A stretch of DNA of 64,000 bases from Holophagales bacterium. Its GTDB lineage: Bacteria > Acidobacteriota > Thermoanaerobaculia > Multivoradales > JAGPDF01. Positions 52,217-62,565 of the stretch are shown here, piece after piece. Where the stretch lies: NCBI GenBank assembly GCA_016699405.1, contig CP064972.1, forward strand, positions 3,786,466 to 3,850,465. The letters are read 5' to 3'. Both the position numbers and the translations under genes were made by a program. The notes beneath the pieces were generated by a model that saw only the letters and a program-made list of their open reading frames with translations, made no database searches and was not told the origin of the DNA. Position 1 is the stretch's first letter. Each line of letters opens with the position of its first letter.

Positions 52217-54295
52217 ATGCCGCCCCCCCGCCCGCTCTGCCGCTTCGGCCGCCGCGTCGCCGCCCGGCTCGTCGTGTCCGCCTCGCTCCTCGTCGCCGGC
52301 TGCGGCCCGCGCTCGACCCCCCGGGCCGAGCCGACGCACCCCGCGGTCGCCCGACCGTCGCTCCTGCTCGTCACCCTCGACACGACCCGCGCCGACGCTG
52401 TCGCGCCAGAGGTCGACTCGGCAGCGACACCCGCGCTCGCCACGCTCGCCGCGCGGTCGCTCCGGTTCGCGCAGGCCTACTCCACCGCGCCGACGACGCT
52501 CCCGGCGCACGCGTCGATGATGAGCGGTCTTTACCCGGCCGGTCACGGCGTCCACGAGAACGGGCGCCGGATCGCCGATCGGGTCCCACTGCTCGCCGAG
52601 CGTCTCGACGAGCTCGGCTACGCGACGGCGGCCTTCGTCTCCGGCTATCCGCTCGAACGCCAGGTCGGGATCGGCCGCGGCTTCACCGTCTACGACGACG
52701 CCTTCGGCCCGGGCCGGGTCGAACGCGATGCCGGTGCGACGACCGACCGCGCGCTCGCCTGGCTGGCCGCCGCACCCGGCGGACCGTTCCTGCTCTGGGT
52801 CCACTACTACGATCCGCACGACCCCTACGATCCGCCGGAGCCGTTCCGCTCGCGCTTCCCGCACGACCTCTACCGCGGCGAGATCGCGGCGATGGACCAC
52901 CAGCTCGGTCGACTCCTGGCGGCCTTCGAAGCGAAGGTCGGGCAAGGCCCGTGGCGCGAGCTGGTGCTTGCCGATCACGGCGAAGGGCGCGGAGATCATG
53001 GCGAGAGCCTGCACGGCAACCTGCTCTACCAGGGGGTGATGCGGGTGCCGCTGTTCGTCGCCGGCAGCGGGATCGCCGCCGGTGAACGACGCGATCCGGT
53101 GAGCATCCGGCAGGTGCGCCCGACGCTGCTCTCCTGGGCGGGCGAAGCGACGGCGGGCGATCTGCTCGCCCCGGCGACGGAGCCGGCGCTCGGCGAGGCG
53201 ATGCAACCGTTTCTCAACTACCGCTGGCAACCCCAGACGATGGCCGTCTTCGGGCGCCACAAGCTGATCCGTTCCGGCCGCCTCGAGCTCTACGACGTCG
53301 TCGCCGACCCGCGGGAGGCCCAGGATCTGGCGGCCTCGGCGTCCCCCGACCGCACGCTCGCGCGAGCCGTGGCCGACTACCCGCTCCCGACGCCGCCGAA
53401 GCCCGGCGTGCCCGAGCCGGCCTTGCGCGAGGAGGATCAACGCCGGCTGGCGAGCCTCGGCTACCTCACCTCGGCGGGGGCCCCCGCCGGCGTGCCGGCG
53501 GGAGCGCCGCGTGCCGCGGAGATGACGCACCTGTTCGGCCACCTCGACCTCGGCTCGCGCCGCTTCGCCAACGGCGATTACGCCCAGGTGATCCCGATCT
53601 TCGAGCGCATCCTGCGCGACGACCCGGGCAACCTGATGACCGCCGTGCGCCTCGCCGTGGCGCAGGGCTTCGCCGGCCGCGACGCCGAGGCGCTGCGCAC
53701 CTTCGAGCGGGCGCGACGGATCGACCCGGAGTCGCTCGAGGTGCGGCACTACCTGGCGATGCAGCACCTGAGCCGCGGGCGGTTCGCCGAGGCCGCACCG
53801 CTCTTCGAAGCGGTGCTGGCGGCACAACCGGACCGTCTGCCGGCGCTCGCCGGCCTCGCCCGCGTGCGGCTGCAACAGGGCCGCGGCAGCGAAGCGGCGG
53901 CGCTTCTCGAACGCGCGGTGCCGCTCGCCGGCGACCCGGGGCCGTTGCTCGTCGAGCTCGGCGAGGCGCAGATGAGCGTCGGCGAGAGCGCCGCGGCGCT
54001 CGAGGCGTTCGAGCGGGCCCGGGCGCAACAGGGCGCGGCGTTCGTCCACGACCTCGAGCTCGGCGTGCTCTATCTCGAAGCGCGTCGCCTGCCCGAGGCA
54101 CGCGAGGCGCTCGACCGGGTGGCGCCCAACCACCCCGCGCACGCGCTCGCACTGTTCAAGCGGGCCCAGGTCGCCGTGCTTCTCGACGAAAGCGATCGCG
54201 CCGAACGGGTGCGCGCCGCCTGGATGGCCTCTGACGCGGAGACACGGGCGCTGATCGCCCGCGAGCGTCTCTTCGCCGGTCTGCTGCCGAACTGA
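52217..54295 (+). CDS. sulfatase-like hydrolase/transferase (alkaline-phosphatase superfamily) with C-terminal TPR repeats
   Basis: Lipoprotein-like signal (LVAGCG). AP-superfamily motifs LLLVTLDTTRAD and DHGEGRGDHGE. C-terminal half is TPR-like. Confidence 0.75.
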   Translation: MPPPRPLCRFGRRVAARLVVSASLLVAGCGPRSTPRAEPTHPAVARPSLLLVTLDTTRADAVAPEVDSAATPALATLAARSLRFAQAYSTAPTTLPAHASMMSGLYPAGHGVHENGRRIADRVPLLAERLDELGYATAAFVSGYPLERQVGIGRGFTVYDDAFGPGRVERDAGATTDRALAWLAAAPGGPFLLWVHYYDPHDPYDPPEPFRSRFPHDLYRGEIAAMDHQLGRLLAAFEAKVGQGPWRELVLADHGEGRGDHGESLHGNLLYQGVMRVPLFVAGSGIAAGERRDPVSIRQVRPTLLSWAGEATAGDLLAPATEPALGEAMQPFLNYRWQPQTMAVFGRHKLIRSGRLELYDVVADPREAQDLAASASPDRTLARAVADYPLPTPPKPGVPEPALREEDQRRLASLGYLTSAGAPAGVPAGAPRAAEMTHLFGHLDLGSRRFANGDYAQVIPIFERILRDDPGNLMTAVRLAVAQGFAGRDAEALRTFERARRIDPESLEVRHYLAMQHLSRGRFAEAAPLFEAVLAAQPDRLPALAGLARVRLQQGRGSEAAALLERAVPLAGDPGPLLVELGEAQMSVGESAAALEAFERARAQQGAAFVHDLELGVLYLEARRLPEAREALDRVAPNHPAHALALFKRAQVAVLLDESDRAERVRAAWMASDAETRALIARERLFAGLLPN

Positions 54296-54537
54296 ACGTC
54301 ACCGCCGCAGGTCGACCTCGTCCCGATCGCCGGAGGCAAGCGATCCGGCATCGCGCCCAACCCCTCGCCCGGTCCTTCCCGGGCGTCGGGACGACGCGGG
54401 GTCGCTGGACCGGCCGGCGCTGACCGAGCCGACCGGAGAGGGTCTCCACCAGAAGAACGAGAGGCCCGCGGATCGCTCCGCGGGCCTCGGGGATCGCCGA
54501 CCGGAGGCCTCGTGGCGAGGCCCCGGACGCCGGCCGA

Positions 54538-57477
54538 TCAGAACTCGAACTTCAGGGCCAACTGGAAGCGACGCGGGTCGTAGAACGACTGCATCTGGCC
54601 GAAGGTCGAGGTGACGGTGCGGATCTCCTGCGGGTTGTAGCCCGTCTGGTTGTCGAGCACGTTGAACACGTCGACGCGGGCCTGCAGGTTGAAGCGCGAA
54701 CCGATCGGGATGTCCTGAGTGTAGTTCAGGTCGATCTGGTAGTGCGCGTCGGTGGTGCGCGACCCGGCGGGCTCGGCGTAACGGTTGGTGTTGCTGGTGC
54801 TCGTGGTCAGCGCGCGGTAGACCTCGACGTCCGTGGCCTCCCACGGCTGGCCCGACTGGTAGATGCCGTACGCACCGAGGCTGGCGTGCCACGGCAGGGT
54901 GTAGTAGCCGTAGAGCTTCAGCTGGTGGCGGCGGTCGCCGTGCAGGTTGCCGTACTTGAAGTTCCACAGCTGGCGACCGGCACCGTCGGCGATGTTCGAC
55001 GAACCGATGAAGATGTTCTGGTCGTTGTTGAGCGACGTCGTGGTGTTGTCCTGGTCGAAGTTGCCGTAGTAGTGGCTCCAGACGTACGAGCCGCGGAAGT
55101 ACGCCTTGCTGCCGCGCCACTCCGCCTCGAGCCCGGCCTCCCAGTACTTGGTGAAGGAGCCGTCGAGCTCGGCGATGACGTAGCTCGAGCCGCCGATCTC
55201 ACCGCGCACCTGGGCGAGGTTGCCGATGTAGAGCTCCTGCGGGATCCCCGCCGGCGGCAGGTAGCGCAGGCGCGAGTCGTTCTCGGTGTCTTCCCAGTAG
55301 TTGTAGCCGTAGCGATAGCGCACCTGGGCGCGCGTCGACCAGCCGTGGCCGAGGCTGCGCGAGGTGCCGATCATGTACTCGTCGACGGTGCGCGGATCGA
55401 GGTTGTCCTGGAAGAACTTGCCCGAGGAGGAGGCCTCCGGGCTCGAGCCGATGAAGTTGCCGTTCTGGTCGAAGTAGGCGTTGATCAGCGCCGCCGAGTT
55501 GCGGGCCCAGGAGGCCGCGCGCGGCAGCGAGCTCGCCGCCGGGATGTAGCGGGCGATGTTGGCGAAGAGCGTGTTGCTCCCGTCGTACGCCCACACCGCC
55601 CCGAGGCGCGGCTGGAAGGTGTCGCCGTAGGAGAGCTCGTACATCTTGTACTTGTGGCCCTTGGCGAGCGCGAAGCCCGACGCGTTGCCGGAGACCGGAC
55701 GCAGGCCCTGGCCGTAGAGCTGGTCGTTGCTGACCAGCAGGCCGAGGTTCAGCGTCAGGTTGTCGAGCCGGATGACGTCGTTGATCTCGAAGTTCTGCGA
55801 GACGTACGACGACTCGATCGTCGGCACCAGGGTGCCGTCGGCGGTGAGAATGCCCTGCTGCTGCACCTGGGCCTGGAAGAAGACCGGCTGGCCGGCGCAG
55901 GTCGAGTTGGCCGGGCAGTTGATCCGGCCTCCGGGGATGGTGAGCAGACCCCAGCCGTTCGAGATCCGGTTGAGCTCCTCGGAGTCGCGGAACCACTGGT
56001 AGCCGAGGTGCAGCTCGTGCTGGATCGTGTCGCCGAAGGAGAAGTCGTAGCCGCCCTGATAGCTGCGGCGGAAGAAGTCCTGGTTGTTCACCTCGGAGTA
56101 GCCGCCGACCCGGCCGCCGCCCACGCGGACACCGTTGTCGAGGTAGCCGTAGCGCTGGATGTAGGGGTCGATGAAGGCGTTGAACGCCGTCTGGCCGGAA
56201 AGCGGCACCGGCACGGTGAGCTGGCCCATCGTGTCGAGTGCCCCGATGTTGAGGTCGCTCGAACCGTCGAGGTAGACGCCGAAGCCGAAGAGGTTGTCCG
56301 GCACGCCGGCGGTCTCGTTGGCGAAGTCGGTCACCTTGAACGAGGCGAAGCTGTTCGAGTTGATGACCCACGAGCCCTCGAGGATGGCGATGTCGAGCGT
56401 CGCCTTGGCGCCCAGGCTGGTCGAGCCGGCCGAGGACTGTCCGCTGACGCTGGTGCCGACGTCGGTGCGGTCCGAGGTGCGGTAGCTGCCGTGCAGCATC
56501 ATCGAGTTGGTCGGCGAATAGGAGAGCTTGCCGAAGTACTCGTCGCGGTCGACCTCGTAGTCCGGCACGTCGCCGTAGAAGTTCGAGCGGTTCTGCCGCG
56601 TCGTGTTCGGCGCGTAGTAGGAGGCGTAGAAGAACAGCCGCTCCTTGAAGATCGGGCCGCCGACGTTGGCCACCAGCCAGTTCTTGTCCTCTTCGAAGAC
56701 CGAAGCGCTGTTCGTCTCGCGCGTCGCCGTCATGCTCTCGGTCTGCGCTTTGTAGGAGAGCGAGCCCTTGAACTGGTTCGTGCCCGACTTGCTGATCGAG
56801 TTGATCGAGAAGCCGGCCGACCGGTTGAAATCGGTCGCGTTGGCACCGCCCTTGACCACCGAGATCTGGTCGATGTCGTGCGACGACGGCTCGGCGGAGA
56901 GCGTGCCGAAGAGCGGCAGGTTCACGTTCACGCCATCGAACTTGTAGACGTTGTCCTGTCCGCTGCCGCCGGCGCTCGGTCCGCGCACGGCGTCCTCGGT
57001 GTATTGGACGCCGGGGATCAGCTTGACGAGGTCGCGATACTCCTGGCCGACCGGCAGGCCGGCGATGACGTCGGAGCTGACCGCCGCCGAGAGCTCGGGC
57101 GAGGTCGTGTCGACCAGCGTGGCGGCCGCGGTGATTTCGATCGACTCGGAGATCGCCTCCGGCGTCATGGTGACCGAGACGGCGGTGTTGGCCTGCAGGG
57201 CGACCGCGACATTCCGCTTGGCCGGCGTCAGACCGGCGAGAGAGAAAGTCAGCTCGTAGTTGCCGGGAGGCAACAGCGGCAACCGGAACTCGCCGTTTCC
57301 GGCGGTAACCGTCGCGCGCGCCTGCGGCAGCACGTTCGACGTCGCTTCGACCGTCACACCGGGGAGCGCCTCGCCTTCAGACGAGACCACCTTGCCGGAG
57401 ATCGATCCGGTCTGCTGGGCCATCGCCGGTATGGCGAAGAGCGCCAGCGTCAGACAGCACGCGAGCCACTTCCTCAT
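54538..57477 (-). CDS. Oar-like TonB-dependent receptor with N-terminal carboxypeptidase-regulatory-like domain
   Basis: Start MRKWLAC... (plus cat 57475-57477, SD AGGAGGG). CarbopepD_reg-like GSISGKVVSSEGEALPGVTVEA...GNGEFRL...PGNYELTFSLAG, plug and barrel, C-terminal ...RFQLALKFEF. Confidence 0.85.
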   Translation of the reverse strand: MRKWLACCLTLALFAIPAMAQQTGSISGKVVSSEGEALPGVTVEATSNVLPQARATVTAGNGEFRLPLLPPGNYELTFSLAGLTPAKRNVAVALQANTAVSVTMTPEAISESIEITAAATLVDTTSPELSAAVSSDVIAGLPVGQEYRDLVKLIPGVQYTEDAVRGPSAGGSGQDNVYKFDGVNVNLPLFGTLSAEPSSHDIDQISVVKGGANATDFNRSAGFSINSISKSGTNQFKGSLSYKAQTESMTATRETNSASVFEEDKNWLVANVGGPIFKERLFFYASYYAPNTTRQNRSNFYGDVPDYEVDRDEYFGKLSYSPTNSMMLHGSYRTSDRTDVGTSVSGQSSAGSTSLGAKATLDIAILEGSWVINSNSFASFKVTDFANETAGVPDNLFGFGVYLDGSSDLNIGALDTMGQLTVPVPLSGQTAFNAFIDPYIQRYGYLDNGVRVGGGRVGGYSEVNNQDFFRRSYQGGYDFSFGDTIQHELHLGYQWFRDSEELNRISNGWGLLTIPGGRINCPANSTCAGQPVFFQAQVQQQGILTADGTLVPTIESSYVSQNFEINDVIRLDNLTLNLGLLVSNDQLYGQGLRPVSGNASGFALAKGHKYKMYELSYGDTFQPRLGAVWAYDGSNTLFANIARYIPAASSLPRAASWARNSAALINAYFDQNGNFIGSSPEASSSGKFFQDNLDPRTVDEYMIGTSRSLGHGWSTRAQVRYRYGYNYWEDTENDSRLRYLPPAGIPQELYIGNLAQVRGEIGGSSYVIAELDGSFTKYWEAGLEAEWRGSKAYFRGSYVWSHYYGNFDQDNTTTSLNNDQNIFIGSSNIADGAGRQLWNFKYGNLHGDRRHQLKLYGYYTLPWHASLGAYGIYQSGQPWEATDVEVYRALTTSTSNTNRYAEPAGSRTTDAHYQIDLNYTQDIPIGSRFNLQARVDVFNVLDNQTGYNPQEIRTVTSTFGQMQSFYDPRRFQLALKFEF

Positions 57478-57694
57478 GGGGTTGCCCTCCTCGTAGGCCG
57501 GCCGCATTGGCAAGGTGCGGCGGCGCGTCATAGACCGAACGCCGCCCGCGATGCGGGTTGCCGGCGGCAAGATCCCCACTTCGCGGGGATCAGGGTCTCG
57601 GTTCCAGCCACTGCAGACGGTCGCTCCTTGGAACGACCGAGAATCGACGACTCAGGACGGCTCAGGACTGTAACACGCCCGCCGCATCAGGGTC

Positions 57695-58633
57695 TCACCG
57701 CGGAACCGTCGCCAAAGCGTCGCGAACGTGGCCGCGCGCCGTCTCCAGGCGGGTGCGAGCCGCTTCGGCGGAGAGCCCGAGACGCAACGCGACGATCGCC
57801 GTCTTGACCTCGCCGGCGCTGTCGGCGAGCGCCTTTTCGGCCGCCTCCCGACCGCTGCCGGCAGCGGCGGCGACGATCCGCACGGCGCGGTCGCGCAGCT
57901 TCGCCGAGCCCTGCCGCAGATCGACCATCAGGTTCTCGTAGACCTTGCCGAGCTGGACCATCGCCGCGGTGGTGATGGCGTTGAGCACCGCCTTGGTCGC
58001 CGAGCCCGCCTTGAGGCGAGTCGAGCCGGTGAGGACCTCCGGTCCGGTGGCCAGCGCGAGCACGAGGTCCGCCGCCCCGACCGCGTCCTGCCCGGCAGCG
58101 CAGGTGAGCAACACGGTGCGGGCGCCGCGCCGGCGAGCGGCATCGAGCGCCCCGCGGGCGAAGGCGGTCACCGAGCTCGCCGAGATGGCGATCAACAGAT
58201 CGCCGGGGCGCAGCTCGGCTGCTGCTGCGGCTCCGTCGTCCGCCCGGTCCTCGGCCCCCTCGAAGGCGCGGAAGACCGCCTCCGGCCCCCCGGCGAGGAC
58301 GGCACGAATCCGCTGCGGATCGGTCCCGAAGGTCGGCGGGCATTCGGCCGCCTCGAGAACGGCGAGTCGACCGCTGGTGCCGGCTCCGGCGAGCATCACG
58401 TCGCCGCCACCGCCGAGCGTTTCGGCGACCCACTCGGCCGCACGCGCCACGTCCCCGGCCTGGGCGAGGGCCCGGTCGATCCCTCGCCGGTCCTCTTCGA
58501 GCAGCAGACGCACCGCGGCCTCCGGCGAAAGCCGGTCGAGCTCGACGCTCGCCGGGTTGCGTGCCTCGGTGGGAAGGGCCTCCCAACGCCGCTGCCCCTC
58601 CATCCCCTCGTGTCGTCCGCCCGTTCCGCTCAC
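57695..58633 (-). CDS. murQ: N-acetylmuramic acid 6-phosphate etherase
   Basis: SIS domain with GAGTSGRLAVLEAAECPPTFG and conserved C-terminal region. Start may be the internal ATG (MEGQRRW...). Confidence 0.85.
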   Translation of the reverse strand: MSGTGGRHEGMEGQRRWEALPTEARNPASVELDRLSPEAAVRLLLEEDRRGIDRALAQAGDVARAAEWVAETLGGGGDVMLAGAGTSGRLAVLEAAECPPTFGTDPQRIRAVLAGGPEAVFRAFEGAEDRADDGAAAAAELRPGDLLIAISASSVTAFARGALDAARRRGARTVLLTCAAGQDAVGAADLVLALATGPEVLTGSTRLKAGSATKAVLNAITTAAMVQLGKVYENLMVDLRQGSAKLRDRAVRIVAAAAGSGREAAEKALADSAGEVKTAIVALRLGLSAEAARTRLETARGHVRDALATVPR

Positions 58634-58702
58634 GACCGTCTCCTTCCCGGCCGCTCACGCTAGGATCCGCGCCGGCCCACTTGTCGCTGCCGAGGAGGAT
58701 AC

Positions 58703-60031
58703 ATGGTCGAAGCCCTGACGAAGGCGGTCCAAGCGGCGAGCGACGCCGTCTGGGGCCCCTGGACGATCGCCCTGCTGCTCGGCACCGGGGTCTTCCTCAC
58801 CTGGCGCTTCCGCCTCGTCCAGCTCACCCGCCTCCCGGAGGCGCTGCGAACCCTCAAGCCGCGCGCCGCCGACGGTGCGGTCGGCGCGATCTCGCCGTTC
58901 CAGGCGTTCATGACCGGGCTCGGCGCCTCGGTGGGCACCGGCAACATCGCCGGCGTCGCCACGGCGATCGTCACCGGCGGGCCCGGCGCGGTCTTCTGGA
59001 TCTGGGCCTACGGCTTCTTCGCCACGACGATCAAGCTCGCCGAGGCGGTGCTCGCCATGCGCTTCCGCGCCGCCGAGGGCAGCGGCCTGTCGACCGGGCC
59101 GATGCACTACCTGCGCGACGGGCTCGGCATGCCGAAGCTTGGCATGGCGTACGCCCTCATCGCCGGCATCGCCTCGCTCACCACCACGCCGTTCACCCAG
59201 ACCAACTCGATCGCCGTCGTCTTCCACAGCGAGCTCGGTGTGCCGGCCTGGGTCACCGGGGTGGCCCTCGCGGCGCTCACCTGGCTGGTGATGATCGGCG
59301 GCGTCGGTTCGATCGGCCGGGCGGCGGAGCGCATCACCCCGGCGATGGTGCTGCTCTATCTCGGCGGCGGCATCGTCGTGCTGGTCGCTTTCGCCGGACG
59401 CATTCCCGGGGTCTTCGCGCTGATCTTCCGCGAGGCCTTCTCCACTCAGGCCGCGGCCGGCGGCGCGGCCGGCACCGCGATGATGCTGGCGGTCCGCTAC
59501 GGCCTGGCGCGCGGCATCTACGCCAACGAAGCCGGCTACGGCACCGCGGCAGTGGCCTACGGCAGCGCCAGGTCGGATCGGCCGGTGCAGCAGGGGCTGA
59601 ACGCGATGATGGAGGTCTACATCGTCTCCTTCGTCACCTCGAGCGTCAGTGCGCTCACCATCCTGGTCGCGGGCGTCGCCGGCTCGGGCCTCAAGAGCAC
59701 CGCCCTGGTGGCCCAGGCCTTCGCCGAGGTGATCCCCTTCGGCGGACTCGTCGTGCTGGTCAGTGCCCTGCTCTTCGGTTACACGACGCTCATCGGTTGG
59801 GGCTACTACGGCGAGCAGTTCCTCTCCTACGTCTTCGGCAGCAGGGTCGTCCTGCCCTATCGCTGGATCTACTGCGGGCTCGCCGTCTTCGGTGCCACGA
59901 CCAGCGTCGATCTCGTCTGGGCCTGGGGCGACCTGATGAACGGGCTGCAGATCTTCCCCAACCTCGTCGGCGTCCTCGGGCTCTCGGGCCTCGTCGCCAC
60001 GGCGTTGCGCGAGGATCGCGCGAAACGCTGA
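58703..60031 (+). CDS. sodium:alanine symporter family (AGCS) transporter
   Basis: Characteristic AGCS N-terminus (AVWGPWTIALLLGTGVFLTWRFRLVQL, GAISPFQAFMTGLGASVGTGNIAGVATAI). Confidence 0.9.
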   Translation: MVEALTKAVQAASDAVWGPWTIALLLGTGVFLTWRFRLVQLTRLPEALRTLKPRAADGAVGAISPFQAFMTGLGASVGTGNIAGVATAIVTGGPGAVFWIWAYGFFATTIKLAEAVLAMRFRAAEGSGLSTGPMHYLRDGLGMPKLGMAYALIAGIASLTTTPFTQTNSIAVVFHSELGVPAWVTGVALAALTWLVMIGGVGSIGRAAERITPAMVLLYLGGGIVVLVAFAGRIPGVFALIFREAFSTQAAAGGAAGTAMMLAVRYGLARGIYANEAGYGTAAVAYGSARSDRPVQQGLNAMMEVYIVSFVTSSVSALTILVAGVAGSGLKSTALVAQAFAEVIPFGGLVVLVSALLFGYTTLIGWGYYGEQFLSYVFGSRVVLPYRWIYCGLAVFGATTSVDLVWAWGDLMNGLQIFPNLVGVLGLSGLVATALREDRAKR

Positions 60032-60105
60032 CGCCCGCGGGGGCGAGGACCCCCGGCGCGACGTGTTACCCTCGGACCGGGAGGGGGCCGAAGGGAGATC
60101 CACTC

Positions 60106-61035
60106 ATGCGATACGTCATCGGCATCGACGCGGGAGGCACCAAGACGGTGGGCCTTCTCGCGGACGAGACCGGCACGGTGCTGCGTCAGGCGCGAGCCGG
60201 CGGCGCCAATTTGCGGGCGCACGGCGAGCTCGGGGTCGAGAAGTCGCTCTACCAGGTCATCGACGCGCTCGACGCGCCGCAGGTCGATGCCCTCTGCCTG
60301 GGCATCGCCGGCGTGGCGCTCGACGCCGACCGCGATCTGGTCCGCGACCTGTTGCGGCGGCTCGGCGTCAAGCGCGCGGTGCGCATCGTCAACGACGCGG
60401 TCGTGGCGCTCGTCGCCGGCGCGCCGGACGGCGTCGGCGTCGTCCTGATCGCCGGCACCGGCTCGATCGCCTACGGCATCGACGCGACGGGCCGCACGGC
60501 GCGCTCCGGCGGATGGGGCTACCTGCTGGGCGACGAAGGCTCGGCGTTCTGGCTCGGCCACGCCGCCGTGCGCCAGGGGATCCGCGCCGCCGACGGTCGC
60601 GGTCCGGCGACGACGCTCTACGACCGCATCTGCCGCAAGCTCGGCTTCGCCACCGCCTCCGACCTCGTCGACTGGTTCTACGTCCAGGAGCTCTCGCGGA
60701 CGCGCGTCGCGCAGCTCGCCTCGGTCGTCGAGGAGGCCGCCGACGAAGGGGACGCCGCGGCGGTGGACCTGCTCGACCAGGCCTCGGGGCATCTGGCGCG
60801 CGCCGCCCAGTCGGTGGTGCGGCAACTCGAGTTTCCCGGCACCTTCCCGCTCGTCCTCTCGGGCGGCGCCTACAAGGCCTGCCCGAGTCTGGTGCGACGG
60901 CTGGAGCGCGATCTCGAGCTCCCGGCGGCGCGTGTCGTACGCCTCGAGGTCGAGCCCGCCGCCGGCGCGGTGACCCTCGCCCTGCGGCTGCTGGCCGAAC
61001 CCTCGACGAGCGCCCCGGCGGAGCCGCATCGATGA
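60106..61035 (+). CDS. BadF/BadG/BcrA/BcrD-type ATPase family sugar kinase (GlcNAc/MurNAc kinase-like)
   Basis: N-terminal YVIGIDAGGTKT phosphate-1 motif and GTGSIAYG phosphate-2 motif. ATGA overlap with downstream gene. Confidence 0.8.
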   Translation: MRYVIGIDAGGTKTVGLLADETGTVLRQARAGGANLRAHGELGVEKSLYQVIDALDAPQVDALCLGIAGVALDADRDLVRDLLRRLGVKRAVRIVNDAVVALVAGAPDGVGVVLIAGTGSIAYGIDATGRTARSGGWGYLLGDEGSAFWLGHAAVRQGIRAADGRGPATTLYDRICRKLGFATASDLVDWFYVQELSRTRVAQLASVVEEAADEGDAAAVDLLDQASGHLARAAQSVVRQLEFPGTFPLVLSGGAYKACPSLVRRLERDLELPAARVVRLEVEPAAGAVTLALRLLAEPSTSAPAEPHR

Positions 61036-61799
61036 GCGCCGGGCTCGTCGTCAACGCCGACGACCTCGGTCGCACGATCGGGATCAACGAGGGGATCTTC
61101 ACCGCGCACCGCCACGGGCTGGTGAGCAGCGCGACGCTGATGGTCGGCTTCCCGGCCGCCCGCGACGCCGCGCGCGCCCTCGCTGACCACCCGGCGCTCG
61201 GCGTCGGACTGCACGTCACGCTCACCGGCGCCGAACCGACGCTCCCGGCAGCCGAGGTCCCGAGCCTGGTCGACGGCGCGGGGAGGCTGGCTCGCAAGCC
61301 CGAGCTGATTGGGGCTCCGGATCCTGACGAGCTGCTCGCCGAGATCCGGCATCAGCTCGAGATCTTCGTGTCGCTCGTCGGCCGGCTGCCGACCCACCTC
61401 GACAGCCACCACCATTCGCATCGCCATCCGGCGGTGCTCGACGCCCTGACCCTCGTCGCGCGGACGCATCGCCTGCCGGTGCGGCGATCTTCCGAGGCGA
61501 TCGCGGCACGCCTCGCCGGCGAGGGGCTCGCCACCACCGACCGCTTCGTCGAGCGCTTCTTCGACTCCGCCGCGACCCTGCCGGTGCTGCACGAGATCCT
61601 GCGGGACGCCGCGGCCGCCGGCGGCACCACCGAGGTCATGTGCCATCCGGGGCACCCCGACGACGCGCTGCGTCGCGAGAGCGGCTACGCCGAAGCGCGC
61701 GAGCGCGAGATCGCCGTGCTCTGCGATCCGTCGGCGCGCGCGCTCGCCGACGAGCTCGGCTTGCGGCGACTGCGCTTCGACCAGGCATGCGGGTCCTGA
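61032..61799 (+). CDS. ChbG/YdjC-family carbohydrate deacetylase
   Basis: LVVNADDLGRTIGINEGI, HVTLT, HLDSHHHSH motifs of the YdjC family. Confidence 0.8.
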   Translation: MSAGLVVNADDLGRTIGINEGIFTAHRHGLVSSATLMVGFPAARDAARALADHPALGVGLHVTLTGAEPTLPAAEVPSLVDGAGRLARKPELIGAPDPDELLAEIRHQLEIFVSLVGRLPTHLDSHHHSHRHPAVLDALTLVARTHRLPVRRSSEAIAARLAGEGLATTDRFVERFFDSAATLPVLHEILRDAAAAGGTTEVMCHPGHPDDALRRESGYAEAREREIAVLCDPSARALADELGLRRLRFDQACGS

Positions 61800-62497
61800 T
61801 CTTCGCCGAGGCCGAGTCGGTGGCGCGCGCCGCCGCCGACCTCGTCGCCCGCTGTGCCGCCGAGCGGCCGGAGCTGGTGCTGGCGCTTCCCACCGGCAAG
61901 ACCGCCGTTCCGCTCTACGCCGAGCTCGCCGCCGCCCACGCCGGCGGATCGCTCGACCTCTCTCGCGCACGCTCGTTCAACCTCGACGAGCTGCGCCTGC
62001 CGCGCCGGCATCCGGCGACCTTCCGTGCCTTCATGGAGCGCCACGCCTGGGAACGGATCGGCCTCGACCGCGCCCGCTGCGACATCCCCGATGCGGAGGC
62101 CGGGCCGGCGGCCGAGTGCGCGCGCTACGACCGGGCGCTCGCCGCGGCGGGGCCGCTCGACCTCGCGATCCTCGGAGTGGGTGCCGACGGACACGTCGGC
62201 TACAACCTGCCGGGAGTGCCGAGCGAGGGAACGCACCTCGTGGACCTGCCCGAGGCGCTCGCCGACTCGCTCGGTGCACCGGCCGACTGGCGTCCGCTCC
62301 AGGCGATCACCCTCGGCTTCGGCCCGCTGCGCGGCGCGCGCCGTCTCCTGATGCTCGCCACCACGGCCGCCAAGGCACGCGCCGTGCGCCACCTCGTGGT
62401 CGGTCCATCCGACCCCGCCTGGCCCTGCAGCCTGCTGCGCGACCACCCGAACTTCGACCTGCTGCTCACCCACGAGGCCGCGGCCGAGCTCGACTGA
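61787..62497 (+). CDS. glucosamine-6-phosphate deaminase/isomerase (NagB family)
   Basis: LALPTGKTAVPLY and LGVGADGHVGYN motifs. Start ATG computed from the track ORF 61640-62497. Confidence 0.8.
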   Translation: MRVLIFAEAESVARAAADLVARCAAERPELVLALPTGKTAVPLYAELAAAHAGGSLDLSRARSFNLDELRLPRRHPATFRAFMERHAWERIGLDRARCDIPDAEAGPAAECARYDRALAAAGPLDLAILGVGADGHVGYNLPGVPSEGTHLVDLPEALADSLGAPADWRPLQAITLGFGPLRGARRLLMLATTAAKARAVRHLVVGPSDPAWPCSLLRDHPNFDLLLTHEAAAELD

Positions 62498-62565
62498 CCG
62501 GGCACAAGCCAGGGGGCAGGATCGCGTCCCTCCGCGGGACGATCCTGCGCCTCGTATCAGGAGAG

